A DNA stretch of 64,000 nt from Promethearchaeota archaeon. GTDB taxonomy: Archaea; Asgardarchaeota; Lokiarchaeia; Sigyniarchaeales; SOKP01. The position numbers and the translations under genes are program-made. This document shows, piece by piece, positions 1 through 10,820 of the stretch; the first letter of the stretch is position 1, and every line of letters starts with the position of its first letter. Below the pieces are notes generated by a model. The model was not told the DNA's origin. It did no database searches and worked only from the letters and a program-made list of their open reading frames with translations. The stretch lies in NCBI GenBank assembly GCA_048939995.1, contig JBHLOY010000010.1, positions 64,001 through 128,000 of the forward strand, in the 5' to 3' direction.

Positions 1-297
1 ATAGGTAATCTTTTTTTCTAGGCTATTATCATACCTTTGCAAGTCCAAATTAATCTTTTCCCCTAAATTTTTGCTGGTTTCGTTTCCAACAAGTAATTCA
101 TTGTCTCTAATGAAAATAGTCATATTCTTTAATGTATGAGATACAGCTTTTGCCCTTTTCATAATTTCAGAATCATTTGGGTACTTTTTATAAATTTCAG
201 TAAAAAATTTCATGCGTTCAATGCATAACTCGTACTTACTTGACAATAGATTCCTTTTTAAATTAAGAATTCGTTTAGAATCAATCAAATTCTTCAA
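1..297 (-). CDS. Glycyl radical enzyme (PFL/PFL2 family), N-terminal part; runs off the window
   Basis: Not in ORF track. Manual translation from TTG 297: MKNLIDSKRILNLKRNLLSSKYELCIERMKFFTEIYKKYPNDSEIMKRAKAVSHTLKNMTIFIRDNELLVGNET, matching the GRE N-terminal pattern ER..TE..K...RAKA..H.L.N..I.I...EL.VGN. Confidence 0.8.
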   Translation of the reverse strand, partial: MKNLIDSKRILNLKRNLLSSKYELCIERMKFFTEIYKKYPNDSEIMKRAKAVSHTLKNMTIFIRDNELLVGNETSKNLGEKINLDLQRYDNSLEKKITY

Positions 298-406
298 TTT
301 TAAAGTCTCTCGAAAATGTTGTTAGATAGGTGAATTATATCTTAATATCATAAAAAGTTTAAAATTTTAAAAGATAATTCAAATTATTAAAAAAAAAAAA
401 AAGGAG

Positions 407-949
407 TTAAAAATTAATAAGTTTAATTACGTCGTTTCCTTTGAAATTGATGCCATCAACGAATTTGCCAGTAATGGAAATCTCAACAAACTCAGTAGGT
501 TCCAAAAGCAAGATATTTATAACTGAAGCACGGTCAAATTTAATTTTTAAACAATCAAAATTGTCATAATTCCCAGTCTCTAAAGTCACTTTAATAGGGC
601 TTAATTCTCCATTAAAACGAATTGAACCAAAATTAACTGTAGTAATATCTTTTTTATTTGAAAAATGAATCCTCACTGTAACCCATCTACCTTTGCTTTT
701 ACAGTTTAAGGTATCAGGATCAAAATCTACACACCCTTCTATAGTATCCTTCTTCTTTTTATTTGGATCCTCCTTATTGGGTATTTCATTCGAATTAAAT
801 GATTTATCTTGTGGAACCTCCCCCTGAATAGATTGTAATGATAATGATAAAGGTGTTATAGTCACACCTAATCCAATAACGATTATTATTAACCCTGTTA
901 AATACTTTTTCATCGTCCTACATATAAGTATAATTCCTTCATAATACAA
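407..949 (-). CDS. Secreted/membrane-anchored hypothetical protein
   Basis: MKK followed by a hydrophobic signal stretch, then a beta-rich domain; poly-T tract follows the stop. Confidence 0.6.
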   Translation of the reverse strand: MYYEGIILICRTMKKYLTGLIIIVIGLGVTITPLSLSLQSIQGEVPQDKSFNSNEIPNKEDPNKKKKDTIEGCVDFDPDTLNCKSKGRWVTVRIHFSNKKDITTVNFGSIRFNGELSPIKVTLETGNYDNFDCLKIKFDRASVINILLLEPTEFVEISITGKFVDGINFKGNDVIKLINF

Positions 950-1226
950 TGAAAAATACGCCTTTTTAAATCTTTGCGAAATTTAGCCTTATTTTTGTCA
1001 TTTAATTCCCTTGAAAGAATTGAAATTACAATCCGGCAGAATTAATTAGACTTTTCAATCTATTCCCATGAAAAATGAGAAAATTAAAAATACTCTTAAA
1101 TATTCCCACTAGCATAATTAGGAATACCAATTAAAACAAAGAATATGAATAAATGAAAATAGTGTATCTTTTTTTCTGTTTCAATATTAAATTAATACAA
1201 ATACTAAAATCAAAATCTTAGGAAAA

Positions 1227-2081
1227 ATGAATTTTGAGACAATTAATTTTGAAATAAAGGATAATGGAATAGGTCTATTAACTCTTAATAGACCAGAAAA
1301 ATTAAATGCAATGTCATTTCAGATGATTGAGGATTTGCATAAATTATTTGATCATTTGATGATAAATCTAAACTGCAGAGTTGTCATTTTAAAAGCAGAA
1401 GGAAGAGTCTTCTGTGCTGGTTTAGATCTAAAAGAATCCACGGTTTTACAATCAAAAAAGAAACCTCAAGAGCTAAAAGAGAAATTCTTCTTTATAGACG
1501 TTCCCGAAAAGGATACGATTAAGGCGAAAATGTATGCACAATGGTATACAAGTCAAGTTATCGTAAAGATGAGAAAAATCTCACAGCCCATAATAGCTAT
1601 AATTAATGGACCAGCATCTGGGGCAGGGTTTGCGTTCGCATTAGCCGCAGATATCAGAATAGCAAGTAAAAATGCGCGATTTAATAATGCTTTTATTAAT
1701 ATTGGTTTTTCAGGGTCAGACTTAGCCTCTAGTTATCATCTCCCGAGGCTTATTGGGATGTCTAGAGCTGCTGAAATACTTTATACAGGTCGTTTTGTTG
1801 ATGCTAATGAGGCAGAGAATATTGGATTAGTATTAAAAGTAGTAGATGATGATGAATTGTTACCTGCTGCCACCGAATTGGCAGAGGAACTACTCAGAAA
1901 AAGTCCTTTAGGGTTACGAATGACTAAACAAGCAGTGAATTTTTCACTTGATTCACCAAGCTTAGAGACGATAATTCAACTAGAAAATCGAACTCAGATG
2001 CTTTGTTCTACTTCTAATGATATATTGGAAGGAGTTCAATCTTTTTTTGAGAAAAGAGCTCCAAAATATCCCTTAAAGTAA
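1227..2081 (+). CDS. Enoyl-CoA hydratase/isomerase (crotonase family)
   Basis: LNRPEKLNA, FCAGLDL, GAGFAFALAADIRIA, C-terminal FFEKRAP. Confidence 0.93.
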   Translation: MNFETINFEIKDNGIGLLTLNRPEKLNAMSFQMIEDLHKLFDHLMINLNCRVVILKAEGRVFCAGLDLKESTVLQSKKKPQELKEKFFFIDVPEKDTIKAKMYAQWYTSQVIVKMRKISQPIIAIINGPASGAGFAFALAADIRIASKNARFNNAFINIGFSGSDLASSYHLPRLIGMSRAAEILYTGRFVDANEAENIGLVLKVVDDDELLPAATELAEELLRKSPLGLRMTKQAVNFSLDSPSLETIIQLENRTQMLCSTSNDILEGVQSFFEKRAPKYPLK

Positions 2082-2105
2082 ATAATATGTATAAAGTGCT
2101 ATAAA

Positions 2106-2951
2106 ATGGAATTTAAGACTATTAAGTTTGAATTGACGGAAAATGGAATAGGAATAGTTAGTTTGAATAGACCAGAAAAATTAAACGCAATTTCCTTTCA
2201 AATGGAGGAAGAATTACATGAAGTATTAGATATGCTTACAGTTAATTTAAGTTGTCGTATCCTTATTTTTAAAGGGGAAGGAAGAGCTTTTTGTGCCGGT
2301 ACAGATTTACAAGAAGGATTAATTCTTAACTCTAAAAAAAATCCTCCTGGATACGATTCATTTGACTATTTGAAAGTTTCTGAACCAATAAAGAGAAAAT
2401 TGTATCACCAGTGGAGAATTAGTCAGATCTATGTGAAGATGAGAAAGATCAGCCAACCAATAATTGCAGTCATCCATGGTGCAGCAGCGGGAGGGGGTTT
2501 TGGGTTTGCAATGGCTTCTGATATAAGAGTTGCTAGTAAAGATGTAAAATTTATTAACGCTTCTATTAACATTGGCTTAACTGGGGCTGATACAGGAGGT
2601 AGTTATTTTCTCCCTCGTTTAATTGGTATGTCAAAAGCAGCAGAGATTCTTTATACTGGTAGATCTATTGGTGGAGCTGAAGCCGAAAAAATTGGACTTG
2701 TTTTAAAATCAGTAGAGAACAGTGATCTAATGCCTACAGCATTAGCAATTGCTGAAGAAATGTTAAAAAAAAGTCCTTTAGGCCTAAGAATGACTAAACA
2801 AGCAATTAATTTATCTATGGATTCTCCAAGTTTAGAAAATATTTTACAGCTTGAAAACAGTTCAATTGTGCTTGCATTTAGTTCAAAAGACATAAATGAA
2901 GCTTCGAGTGCTTTTTTCGAAAAAAGAAATCCAAAATATGATTTGTTATAA
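2106..2951 (+). CDS. Enoyl-CoA hydratase/isomerase, tandem paralogue
   Basis: LNRPEKLNA, FCAGTDL, GGGFGFAMASDIRVA; colinear with 1227-2081. Confidence 0.93.
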   Translation: MEFKTIKFELTENGIGIVSLNRPEKLNAISFQMEEELHEVLDMLTVNLSCRILIFKGEGRAFCAGTDLQEGLILNSKKNPPGYDSFDYLKVSEPIKRKLYHQWRISQIYVKMRKISQPIIAVIHGAAAGGGFGFAMASDIRVASKDVKFINASINIGLTGADTGGSYFLPRLIGMSKAAEILYTGRSIGGAEAEKIGLVLKSVENSDLMPTALAIAEEMLKKSPLGLRMTKQAINLSMDSPSLENILQLENSSIVLAFSSKDINEASSAFFEKRNPKYDLL

Positions 2952-2984
2952 TAAGAAAAAAAATAAAAGTGAAGATATAGGATT

Positions 2985-3500
2985 CTATCTGATTTGAACT
3001 TTTGGAGTAATTTTAGAAGCGCCACCAAAATTGGTTATAACTGGGCAATGTGTAAATACTTTATCCATTAACTCGTTTATCTTTTCTTCTGAAGCATCAG
3101 CCTTAATTCTAATCACAGGTTCTAATTGATCATAACCAGCGAGTTTACTATCATCAATCCCGAAAATTGCTCCAAGATTTATATGACCACGAGAAAAAAC
3201 TTTCATTTCTTGAATATTTATATTCATTATCTTTGCCCAAAATCTAGTTACTGCTATAATACAAGCCCCAATAGATGATAGAATCACTAATAGCGGAGAG
3301 GGCCCTTCATTTGTGCCACCTAAACCTCCAGGAGCATCAATCAATAGCTCAAAGGGCTCTCCACCTGGATTGCCCATCTTACAATTAACTTGCATCCCAT
3401 CGGATAGCATTTCACATTCAATATTAAAGTTTTTCTCTCCAGCATCCCAATTAGCCTTAATGGCTTCATAAGTTTCTTCAAAACTTGGCATTTTATTCAC
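2985..3500 (-). CDS. OsmC/Ohr family protein
   Basis: DAPGGLGGTNEGPSP...GAC and HCPV, with both family cysteines. Confidence 0.88.
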   Translation of the reverse strand: MNKMPSFEETYEAIKANWDAGEKNFNIECEMLSDGMQVNCKMGNPGGEPFELLIDAPGGLGGTNEGPSPLLVILSSIGACIIAVTRFWAKIMNINIQEMKVFSRGHINLGAIFGIDDSKLAGYDQLEPVIRIKADASEEKINELMDKVFTHCPVITNFGGASKITPKVQIR

Positions 3501-3659
3501 TTAGTTTATTTTAAATTTAATTATTATTATTCGAATATTTATTCAAAATATGTATAAATTAAAATGGAATTTGATTTAAAAGTGTCGATTTTGAGAAAAA
3601 AATTCATAATTTTTGTTATTTTAAATTATGTAATTAAAAAAAATGAGATGAATTTGAAA

Positions 3660-4181
3660 ATGGAAGATAAAAAAATCTCTGAATCTCAGGTTGAAATAGC
3701 CCAAATAATGTATCCTGAGCATGCTAATCCCTCAGGAAATGTCCATGGTGGGCATATATTAAAATTAGTCGATCAAGCAGCAGCTATTGTAGCAACAAGA
3801 CATACACACCTCAACTGTGTGACTGCAAGTGTTGATAGAATGGATTTTATAAGTCCAGTATATGTTGGCAATTTAGTAATGGTTAAAGCATCATTAAATT
3901 ATGTATCGAGGACTTCTATGGAGATTGGAGTAAGAATTGAAGCTGAATGCTTAAGGACCGGAACCCATACTCATGTGGGCTCAGCATATCTAACTTTTGT
4001 AGCTCTTGATGATGAAGATAGACCCACAAAAGTACCGGGGTTAGCTTTAGAGACAGATGATGAGAAAAAAAGGTATAAAGAAGCAGAAGAAAGAAGAACT
4101 AAAAGAATGAAACAAGTTAAAGCCCATCAACATCGACAGCAACCTTGTATTGTAAGAGTTGACAGGTTAAATTCTAAATAA
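3660..4181 (+). CDS. Acyl-CoA thioesterase (hotdog fold, YciA-like)
   Basis: PEHANPSGNVHGG..LKLVD, VTASVD, FVALD; ATG 3660 preferred over 3564. Confidence 0.9.
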   Translation: MEDKKISESQVEIAQIMYPEHANPSGNVHGGHILKLVDQAAAIVATRHTHLNCVTASVDRMDFISPVYVGNLVMVKASLNYVSRTSMEIGVRIEAECLRTGTHTHVGSAYLTFVALDDEDRPTKVPGLALETDDEKKRYKEAEERRTKRMKQVKAHQHRQQPCIVRVDRLNSK

Positions 4182-4258
4182 TCTTTTATTAATATTTCTT
4201 AGTTAAGTCTATAAGTTTTTATAAAAGAACATATGATGATATTTTAAAGGTAAAAGTA

Positions 4259-5614
4259 ATGGAAAGTGGAAAAAAAATCCCTAAATTAAAGCGTAAAATC
4301 TCTTTATTTGGCCTCACTGCTTACGGTGTGGGTAATGTATTAGGAGCAGGAATTTATGCTCTAATTGGAGAAGTTGTAGGTATTACTGGAAATCTAAGTT
4401 GGTTAGCATTTATTTTAGCCGCAATCACAGGAGCATTTACAGGTTTATCATATGCTGAACTTTCAGCAATGTATCCAAAAAGCGCCGCAGAGTTTGTTTA
4501 TACAGAGCAAGCGTTTAATAGAAGAATTTTATCCTTTATATTAGGGTGGATAATAATTTTCTCAGGTATTCTCTCCGCTTCTACAGTCGCATTAGGTTTT
4601 GCTGGGTATATATCAGATATATTAGGAATAGATATTAGTACAATGAAAATAATATTCGCGATTTATTTAATTCTAATTCTTAGCGTAATTAATTTCATTG
4701 GCATAAAAACTTCAACGCGAATGAATATTATCTTCACAATAATTGAAGCTTCTGGTTTAATCTTCATCATAGTAATTGGGATTCCTCATATTGGATCAGT
4801 TAATTACTTTGAAATGCCCACACTCAATTCCTTTGAAGCGATATTTTCCGCAGTAGCTTTAATCTTTTTTGCTTATATTGGTTTTGAGGATATAGCAAAT
4901 GTAGCTGAAGAGGTAAAAGAACCTCAAAGAAAGCTACCAAAAGCGATAGTTATTTCAATACTTATAACCACAATATTATATTGTTTAACAGCGATTTCAG
5001 TCGTCAGCATTTTACCATATTCTACAATAGCGGCTTCAGATGCTCCCTTAAGGGAAGTTGCTAATGAAGTCTTAGGTCCTATAGGGGCAAATGTTATAAG
5101 CTTAATTGCTTTATTTGCTACTGCTAATACTGTTCTGATAATGTTAATTGTTACTTCTAGAATGATCTATGGAATGGCGAGGGATAAAGCGTTGCCAGAA
5201 GAATTAAGTAAAATTTCTCCAAAGAATAGGATTCCAATATCAGCTGCTTTATTCACAATGATTTTCACAATTATTTCAGTTTTATTCGGTGATATTACTA
5301 TAGTAGCAAATGCTACAGTTTTCGGTGTTTTAATAACCTTCTTCCTTGTAAATATTAGTTTGATCGCATTAAGAAAAAATAAACCAGAATTAGAAAGACC
5401 CTTCAAATTGAAACCTTCAATTGGATGGGTCCCGATAATTGCATTGCTTGGATCTATCGTTTGTGCAGCCTTGCTATTTACTTTTGAATGGTATATATAT
5501 ATAATTCAAATAATCATTATAGGAATAGGTATAATTCTGTTTTATGTAATGAGATCGAAAATCGAAACTAAAGCTTTATCAAAAATTCAGCGAGATAAAG
5601 AGATAAAGAATTAA
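4259..5614 (+). CDS. APC-family amino acid permease
   Basis: GNVLGAGIY, SYAELSA, FFAYIGFE, about 12 hydrophobic segments. Confidence 0.92.
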   Translation: MESGKKIPKLKRKISLFGLTAYGVGNVLGAGIYALIGEVVGITGNLSWLAFILAAITGAFTGLSYAELSAMYPKSAAEFVYTEQAFNRRILSFILGWIIIFSGILSASTVALGFAGYISDILGIDISTMKIIFAIYLILILSVINFIGIKTSTRMNIIFTIIEASGLIFIIVIGIPHIGSVNYFEMPTLNSFEAIFSAVALIFFAYIGFEDIANVAEEVKEPQRKLPKAIVISILITTILYCLTAISVVSILPYSTIAASDAPLREVANEVLGPIGANVISLIALFATANTVLIMLIVTSRMIYGMARDKALPEELSKISPKNRIPISAALFTMIFTIISVLFGDITIVANATVFGVLITFFLVNISLIALRKNKPELERPFKLKPSIGWVPIIALLGSIVCAALLFTFEWYIYIIQIIIIGIGIILFYVMRSKIETKALSKIQRDKEIKN

Positions 5615-6759
5615 TCTTTTCCAATCATTTCTAATAGAAACTCTGTTATATATCTAATTTTTTTATTACCTTGAGTTTTATAATTAACGTATCGATAATT
5701 GAACACGCATAGTGGACAAGAAGTGATAATTTCCTCATTTTGAGCTTGATCAAGGATACTTTTTCCTATTTGTATTGAAATATTGCTATCAACTCCTCTG
5801 ATACCTGAACCCGCTCCACAGCAGGGAGTTAAATCTTGATTATTATTTAATTCATTTACTTTGACTAAAGTCTGAGTTAATAATTCACGGGGTTCATCAT
5901 AAATTTTAAGATTGTTAAGTTTTCTACCAAGGCGACAAGGATCATGATATGTGATCTCTTTATCTGACTTATTAAATTTGATTTTGCCATCTTGAAAAAG
6001 CTTATAAATTATTTGAATTACATGGTTTACGTTTATATCCCAATCCTCGATATATTTAGGATAAACGTTGTTAAAGGCATATAAACATCCACCACAGGTA
6101 GTTATTATATTCTTAATTCCAATTTTCTTGAAACGAGTATAATTATCATTAAATATTTGTTTTGCGAGATTTAAATTTCCAGCAGAATAAACATATTCTC
6201 CACAACATGGTTCTTTTTCCAATATTTTAAAATCATATCCTCCTTTTTTCAAAATTTCGTAGGACGCGCTCGCACTCTCTTTAACACGAAAAGAAGACAT
6301 ACAACCCAAAAATAGTAAGGTATCAGTCTTGTTTTCTTCGAATTTCTCTTTTGCAATATAATTTGCTGGAATCCAATTTAATCTTTCCTTAGGATTTCCT
6401 TTAACACTATTATCGTTCTCAATGATTCCTTTAATGATCTCATTATGAATTTCTAATGGAGCTTTATTTAATTCAACTAGTTTAATTTTCGCATAATGAA
6501 TAATATCAGCAATTGGGATGTTATTATCGCAAGCAAGATTACATAACCCACATAGAGTACAGGTATATAATGCTATAAGTTCTTGATCTGAAATATCTGC
6601 ATTCTGAAATACTTTTTCAGCTACTTTTAATCTTCCTTGTGGGGATTTTAAGGGATCCTGAGTCACTTGATAAGTATCGCATTTTTCAAAGCACTCTAAA
6701 CAATCAGTACAAGATTGAATCTGTTCAAGTAATTTCTTTTTGTTCATATTTATTACCAA
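5611..6759 (-). CDS. HdrD/GlpC-like Fe-S oxidoreductase with CCG domains
   Basis: CxxCxxCxxxC twice, then CCG, YHDPC, CCGAGSG, CPLC. Confidence 0.88.
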   Translation of the reverse strand: MVINMNKKKLLEQIQSCTDCLECFEKCDTYQVTQDPLKSPQGRLKVAEKVFQNADISDQELIALYTCTLCGLCNLACDNNIPIADIIHYAKIKLVELNKAPLEIHNEIIKGIIENDNSVKGNPKERLNWIPANYIAKEKFEENKTDTLLFLGCMSSFRVKESASASYEILKKGGYDFKILEKEPCCGEYVYSAGNLNLAKQIFNDNYTRFKKIGIKNIITTCGGCLYAFNNVYPKYIEDWDINVNHVIQIIYKLFQDGKIKFNKSDKEITYHDPCRLGRKLNNLKIYDEPRELLTQTLVKVNELNNNQDLTPCCGAGSGIRGVDSNISIQIGKSILDQAQNEEIITSCPLCVFNYRYVNYKTQGNKKIRYITEFLLEMIGKD

Positions 6760-7505
6760 TTATTCTCAATTTCATTAATATTTTTATATCCCACCACATT
6801 GTCTCTAAGAAAAATTGAAAATAGCAACTTTTTCTTTCTATATTTTTTAAGCATATTAAATAGAGCAAAATGTTCTGGAATATTATAAATCTCTTTATAT
6901 TTTTCTCCTACACCCTCAGAATATTGATATTGTTGTACAACAAAATTCCCTCTGAATCTATTCTTCTTAAGAAAACTAATGATCTTATGAATATCCTTTG
7001 GAGCTAATAAATTCTCTACATAAGTTGTTCTTATTTCAAATTGAATATTCTCTCGACTATTTACAAGCTTGAAAGTTTCAATGATATGATCTATATCAAT
7101 TTCACTATTCACTATATTTTCATATGTTTTTTTACTGAGTGGTCCTTTGAGATCTAGAGAGATTCTGTTAATATAGGGAAATAGTTTCTTTATTTTATCT
7201 GGATTTGTACCATTTGTGTCTATATTTAATAATTTCCCTACTTTCTGTATTTCTTTGCTTAATTCTATTATTTCTTCTTGAAGAGTAGGTTCTCCACCAC
7301 TCACACTTACCCAACTAACTAATAAATTACTATTAACGTGATCTAATATCTCATTAACTTCTATTTCTCTCCCTGCTTCAGGGTTTAGTAAATGTTTATT
7401 ATGACAAAAAGAGCAGTTCAAATTACAACCAACTGTAAAAATAACCATTGATGTCTTTCCTGGAATATCTTTTGTTGATATATCTATAATTCCTCCGATT
7501 CTCAT
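6753..7505 (-). CDS. Radical SAM glycyl-radical activase (NrdG/PflA-like)
   Basis: GCNLNCSFCHN, SGGEPT, DTNG, DLKG, EIRTT. Confidence 0.88.
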   Translation of the reverse strand: MRIGGIIDISTKDIPGKTSMVIFTVGCNLNCSFCHNKHLLNPEAGREIEVNEILDHVNSNLLVSWVSVSGGEPTLQEEIIELSKEIQKVGKLLNIDTNGTNPDKIKKLFPYINRISLDLKGPLSKKTYENIVNSEIDIDHIIETFKLVNSRENIQFEIRTTYVENLLAPKDIHKIISFLKKNRFRGNFVVQQYQYSEGVGEKYKEIYNIPEHFALFNMLKKYRKKKLLFSIFLRDNVVGYKNINEIENNW

Positions 7506-7514
7506 AACATCACC

Positions 7515-8411
7515 TCAATAATTCATTCGAATAAAGTTTTCTACTTCAAATAAAGTTAAATTAAAAGGACCTGGAGTTTCTAATTTTAGGGAGGTTAATG
7601 CTGTTGAGAATTTCAATGATTCATCAGGAGATTTAGAAATTCTAGAACCCAAATAACTAATAAAAGCGGTATCTCCTCTTCCTGTTCTGCCTAAAGTTAT
7701 TTTGTTCTTCCATGGATAGAAGTATATATTACCTGCAGCATATAAAGTAATACCTTTCTCATGGGTGGCGATAATTTCTTTTGGACCATAACTATTTAAT
7801 TCAATAACAGCATCATTAACGTTAGTTTGATTTGTAAGGATTCTAGCTTCTTTTTGATCAACCTTGAGATAACTTATGCATGACAATATGGCTTTGATTT
7901 CTTTTTTTGATAATTTCTCATAGAGAATTTTGTTATTTTTCCTGATTCGTATGAATCCTTGAATATCTAATGCGAGCCTTCCGTTAAATTTTTCATATAA
8001 AAATTCTAGCAATTGAAAATTGATTTCACCTGCAGTGATTGGACCAATCACAAAAAATCTAGGATTTATTTTGGGGATATTTTCTTTTTTAAACAACCCA
8101 GCAAATCCCAATGGTTTATACTTTCTAAATTCTAAACTTTTTGAAGAATATATATTCCATAATCCTGAGGTTTCATTAGAAGGATACGCAAAGTATTGAA
8201 TTCCCTTTTTATTAAAGATTTCTAGTATTGAAAAGTCTTCTTTTTTTAGCAATGTAATAATTGAAATTCTTAAACCCATATGACTTCCCGCAATTCCACC
8301 ATAATAAACTGTTCCCCCTAATGATTCTATGAGTTTTCCGTCCACTTCTATAATATCTTTAGCAAGATGTCCTAAAATCGCAATATCAGAATCAAATGTA
8401 CCATTAGCCAT
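7515..8411 (-). CDS. PfkB/ribokinase-family carbohydrate kinase
   Basis: GHLAKD, GGTVYY, DIQG, GRTGRGDT anion-hole motif. Confidence 0.85.
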   Translation of the reverse strand: MANGTFDSDIAILGHLAKDIIEVDGKLIESLGGTVYYGGIAGSHMGLRISIITLLKKEDFSILEIFNKKGIQYFAYPSNETSGLWNIYSSKSLEFRKYKPLGFAGLFKKENIPKINPRFFVIGPITAGEINFQLLEFLYEKFNGRLALDIQGFIRIRKNNKILYEKLSKKEIKAILSCISYLKVDQKEARILTNQTNVNDAVIELNSYGPKEIIATHEKGITLYAAGNIYFYPWKNKITLGRTGRGDTAFISYLGSRISKSPDESLKFSTALTSLKLETPGPFNLTLFEVENFIRMNY

Positions 8412-8582
8412 AATTATAACTAGAATAATTGATGAACTATTTAAGAAATTAACTGACTAACTAACTAATTGTTTTAAACAAGCTATTCAATTCTTTATCT
8501 TTCTTCTAAAAGAGAAGAAATGATATGTATATTAATAAGTTCGCAACTTTATAAAAAGAATTGTTAAATAACGACTTTAAAT

Positions 8583-8795
8583 TTATTCATATATTAATGA
8601 CGGATTTGTTTTATTACGAATATAAGTTGCAATTATTCGTTCTTCAATTTCATGAAGCTTTGAGCTATTAAAATTACTACAATTCCAATCATAACACTTT
8701 CTATCATTTTTAAATACTATACTGCAATGAATTTCATGATATGTTCCTTTTACGTATTCTTTACCGCATACTAAACACTTTTTCATTGTTATCAA
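8583..8795 (-). CDS. Small Cys-rich putative zinc-binding protein
   Basis: CLVCG...HC...CYDWNC; short. Confidence 0.5.
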   Translation of the reverse strand: MITMKKCLVCGKEYVKGTYHEIHCSIVFKNDRKCYDWNCSNFNSSKLHEIEERIIATYIRNKTNPSLIYE

Positions 8796-9194
8796 CTTTT
8801 ATCTAAAAAATTTTCTATTAATATTTTTTCTAATTTAACATATATTATCATTTTTTCATATTTAAACCTTCCCATTATTTTCCCATATTGTTAAAAAAAA
8901 TAGAAGTGAGTTGTAGTTCGACAAAAAACCTTTGATTACAATATCATAATGAACAAATTTCAATAATCATAAATCTAACTGAAAAACCTTCATCTCAAAA
9001 AGGATGCTATTTAAAATTTATGGTATATTATTGAAAAAAATTTAGAAATGAGTAGTTTTAGTGGTATTAAATACATAATAATTCTCAATATAGGATTATA
9101 ATTTATTTTCAAAACCTTTTTTAATTTTGATATTTTTTCTTAATTACAATTTAGTAAAATTTATAGTTACTATTTAACAAAGGTAAGGGATATA

Positions 9195-9488
9195 ATGGCT
9201 ATTGATGATCTAATAAGTTTTTTGAAGAAGAAAGGTTTTAGAGATACATTAGAAGTCTTAACTCAATTTAAGAGTTATAAAGTTGATAAGCACACATTCT
9301 ACAATGAACTGAACAAATTTAGTTACTACAATTCATTCTTTCGCGTGAAAGATGATTTAATTGATAAAGGATTGATTGAGATCGAGCACAATCAAAATAA
9401 CAAGAAGAAATATGTAAAACTTACTGAGAAGGGCTTAGATGTATATAATAAATTAGTCGAGATTAACAAATTGATAAATTCCAAATGA
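9195..9488 (+). CDS. Winged-helix DNA-binding protein
   Basis: LIDKGLIE...YVKLTEKG wing signature. Confidence 0.75.
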   Translation: MAIDDLISFLKKKGFRDTLEVLTQFKSYKVDKHTFYNELNKFSYYNSFFRVKDDLIDKGLIEIEHNQNNKKKYVKLTEKGLDVYNKLVEINKLINSK

Positions 9489-9577
9489 TATCACGAGATA
9501 TTAATCCTTTAGATAATTTTTCTTAATTTTTCTTATTTTTATTTATTCATTGATACTTACAAGAACGAGTTCAAAAT

Positions 9578-10210
9578 ATGATATTTAAAAGACTCATAGT
9601 AGGACCTTTATCAACCAATTGTTATATCTTTGGTTCTGATAAAACTAAAGAAGTAGTTATTATTGATGCTGGTGGCAATTCAGATAAAATCATTGAAGTT
9701 ATAGATAACCTTAATGCTCATCCTAAAGCCTTACTATTAACTCATGGTCATTTTGATCATACATTAAAGGTCGGAAAACTTTTACGCTATTTTAAAATAC
9801 CTTTGATGTATAATAAAAAGGAATTTGATTCTGGAGTTTTTTCTCAAAAAGAAGCAGATAAGTGGTTAGTTGAAGGTGATATTATAGAAATTGGCGAATT
9901 AAAATTGCATGTTCTAGAAACCCCAGGTCATTCCCCTGGATCTTTATGTTTTTATACAAAAGATATTAAAAAGTTTGAGAGATTAGAAATTGACGGAATC
10001 ATATTTTCTGGAGATTTAATTTTTCGAAGGAGTATTGGTCGATCTGATATTCCTGGAGGAGATTCTAAGCAACTATTTAATAGCATTAGAAACAAAATAA
10101 TATACAATCGAGAATTCACAGATAATTTTTTAATTTTTCCAGGTCATATGGAAATGACGACTCTTGGAGAGGAATCCCAAATGAATATGTTTAGAAATTA
10201 CTTTCTTTAA
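9578..10210 (+). CDS. MBL-fold metallo-hydrolase (glyoxalase II-like)
   Basis: THGHFDH, TPGHSPG, SGDLIF, PGH. Confidence 0.92.
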   Translation: MIFKRLIVGPLSTNCYIFGSDKTKEVVIIDAGGNSDKIIEVIDNLNAHPKALLLTHGHFDHTLKVGKLLRYFKIPLMYNKKEFDSGVFSQKEADKWLVEGDIIEIGELKLHVLETPGHSPGSLCFYTKDIKKFERLEIDGIIFSGDLIFRRSIGRSDIPGGDSKQLFNSIRNKIIYNREFTDNFLIFPGHMEMTTLGEESQMNMFRNYFL

Positions 10211-10325
10211 TTGAAAATGTTTTTCATTAAATATTTATTTAATAAGATGATAATTTTTTAAATACAAAATATATTATATTATTAAAAATTAGTTTTTAAC
10301 TAGGATTAATTGAGAGTAGATAAAT

Positions 10326-10610
10326 TTGATTAATAGAAGTGAAGTCAAGGCTATAATACGCCGATTTGAGGAACGTGAAGGAATTCGGGGAGTCATTATC
10401 TGTGATTCAACAGGGTTGCCAATAGATTCAAATATGGATATTAATATGAGTGAAGAAGTAGCTGCTTACGTTACATCGCTAATTGGTAAGGGAAAGCAAG
10501 TGGTTGAAGCTTTAAATGAGGGTGCCTTAAAGTTTATAAGGCTCGAGACTTCTAAAGGGGAAACAATGATCGCTCTTGAATCTAATCTAATTTTGATCAT
10601 ATTGAAATAA
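10326..10610 (+). CDS. Roadblock/LC7 domain protein
   Basis: GIRGVIICDSTGLPIDS, helix, IRLETSKGE pattern; 94 aa. Confidence 0.85.
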   Translation: MINRSEVKAIIRRFEEREGIRGVIICDSTGLPIDSNMDINMSEEVAAYVTSLIGKGKQVVEALNEGALKFIRLETSKGETMIALESNLILIILK

Positions 10611-10820
10611 CTTTTGGAATTTTTTTTCCACTTTAACTTATAAATCTATTTTTAAGATGATTATCTAAAGAGATTAAGTCTTTGCATCTAATTACTATTG
10701 ACAGATTACTTTTTTTTTTTCTATACTTGATAAATTTAAATTTCTTTAAATTATATATATATTTAAGAAAATTTCTTAACTCAATTTTAATAGGTAAAAA
10801 GAAATAAAAGTTGCATATTT

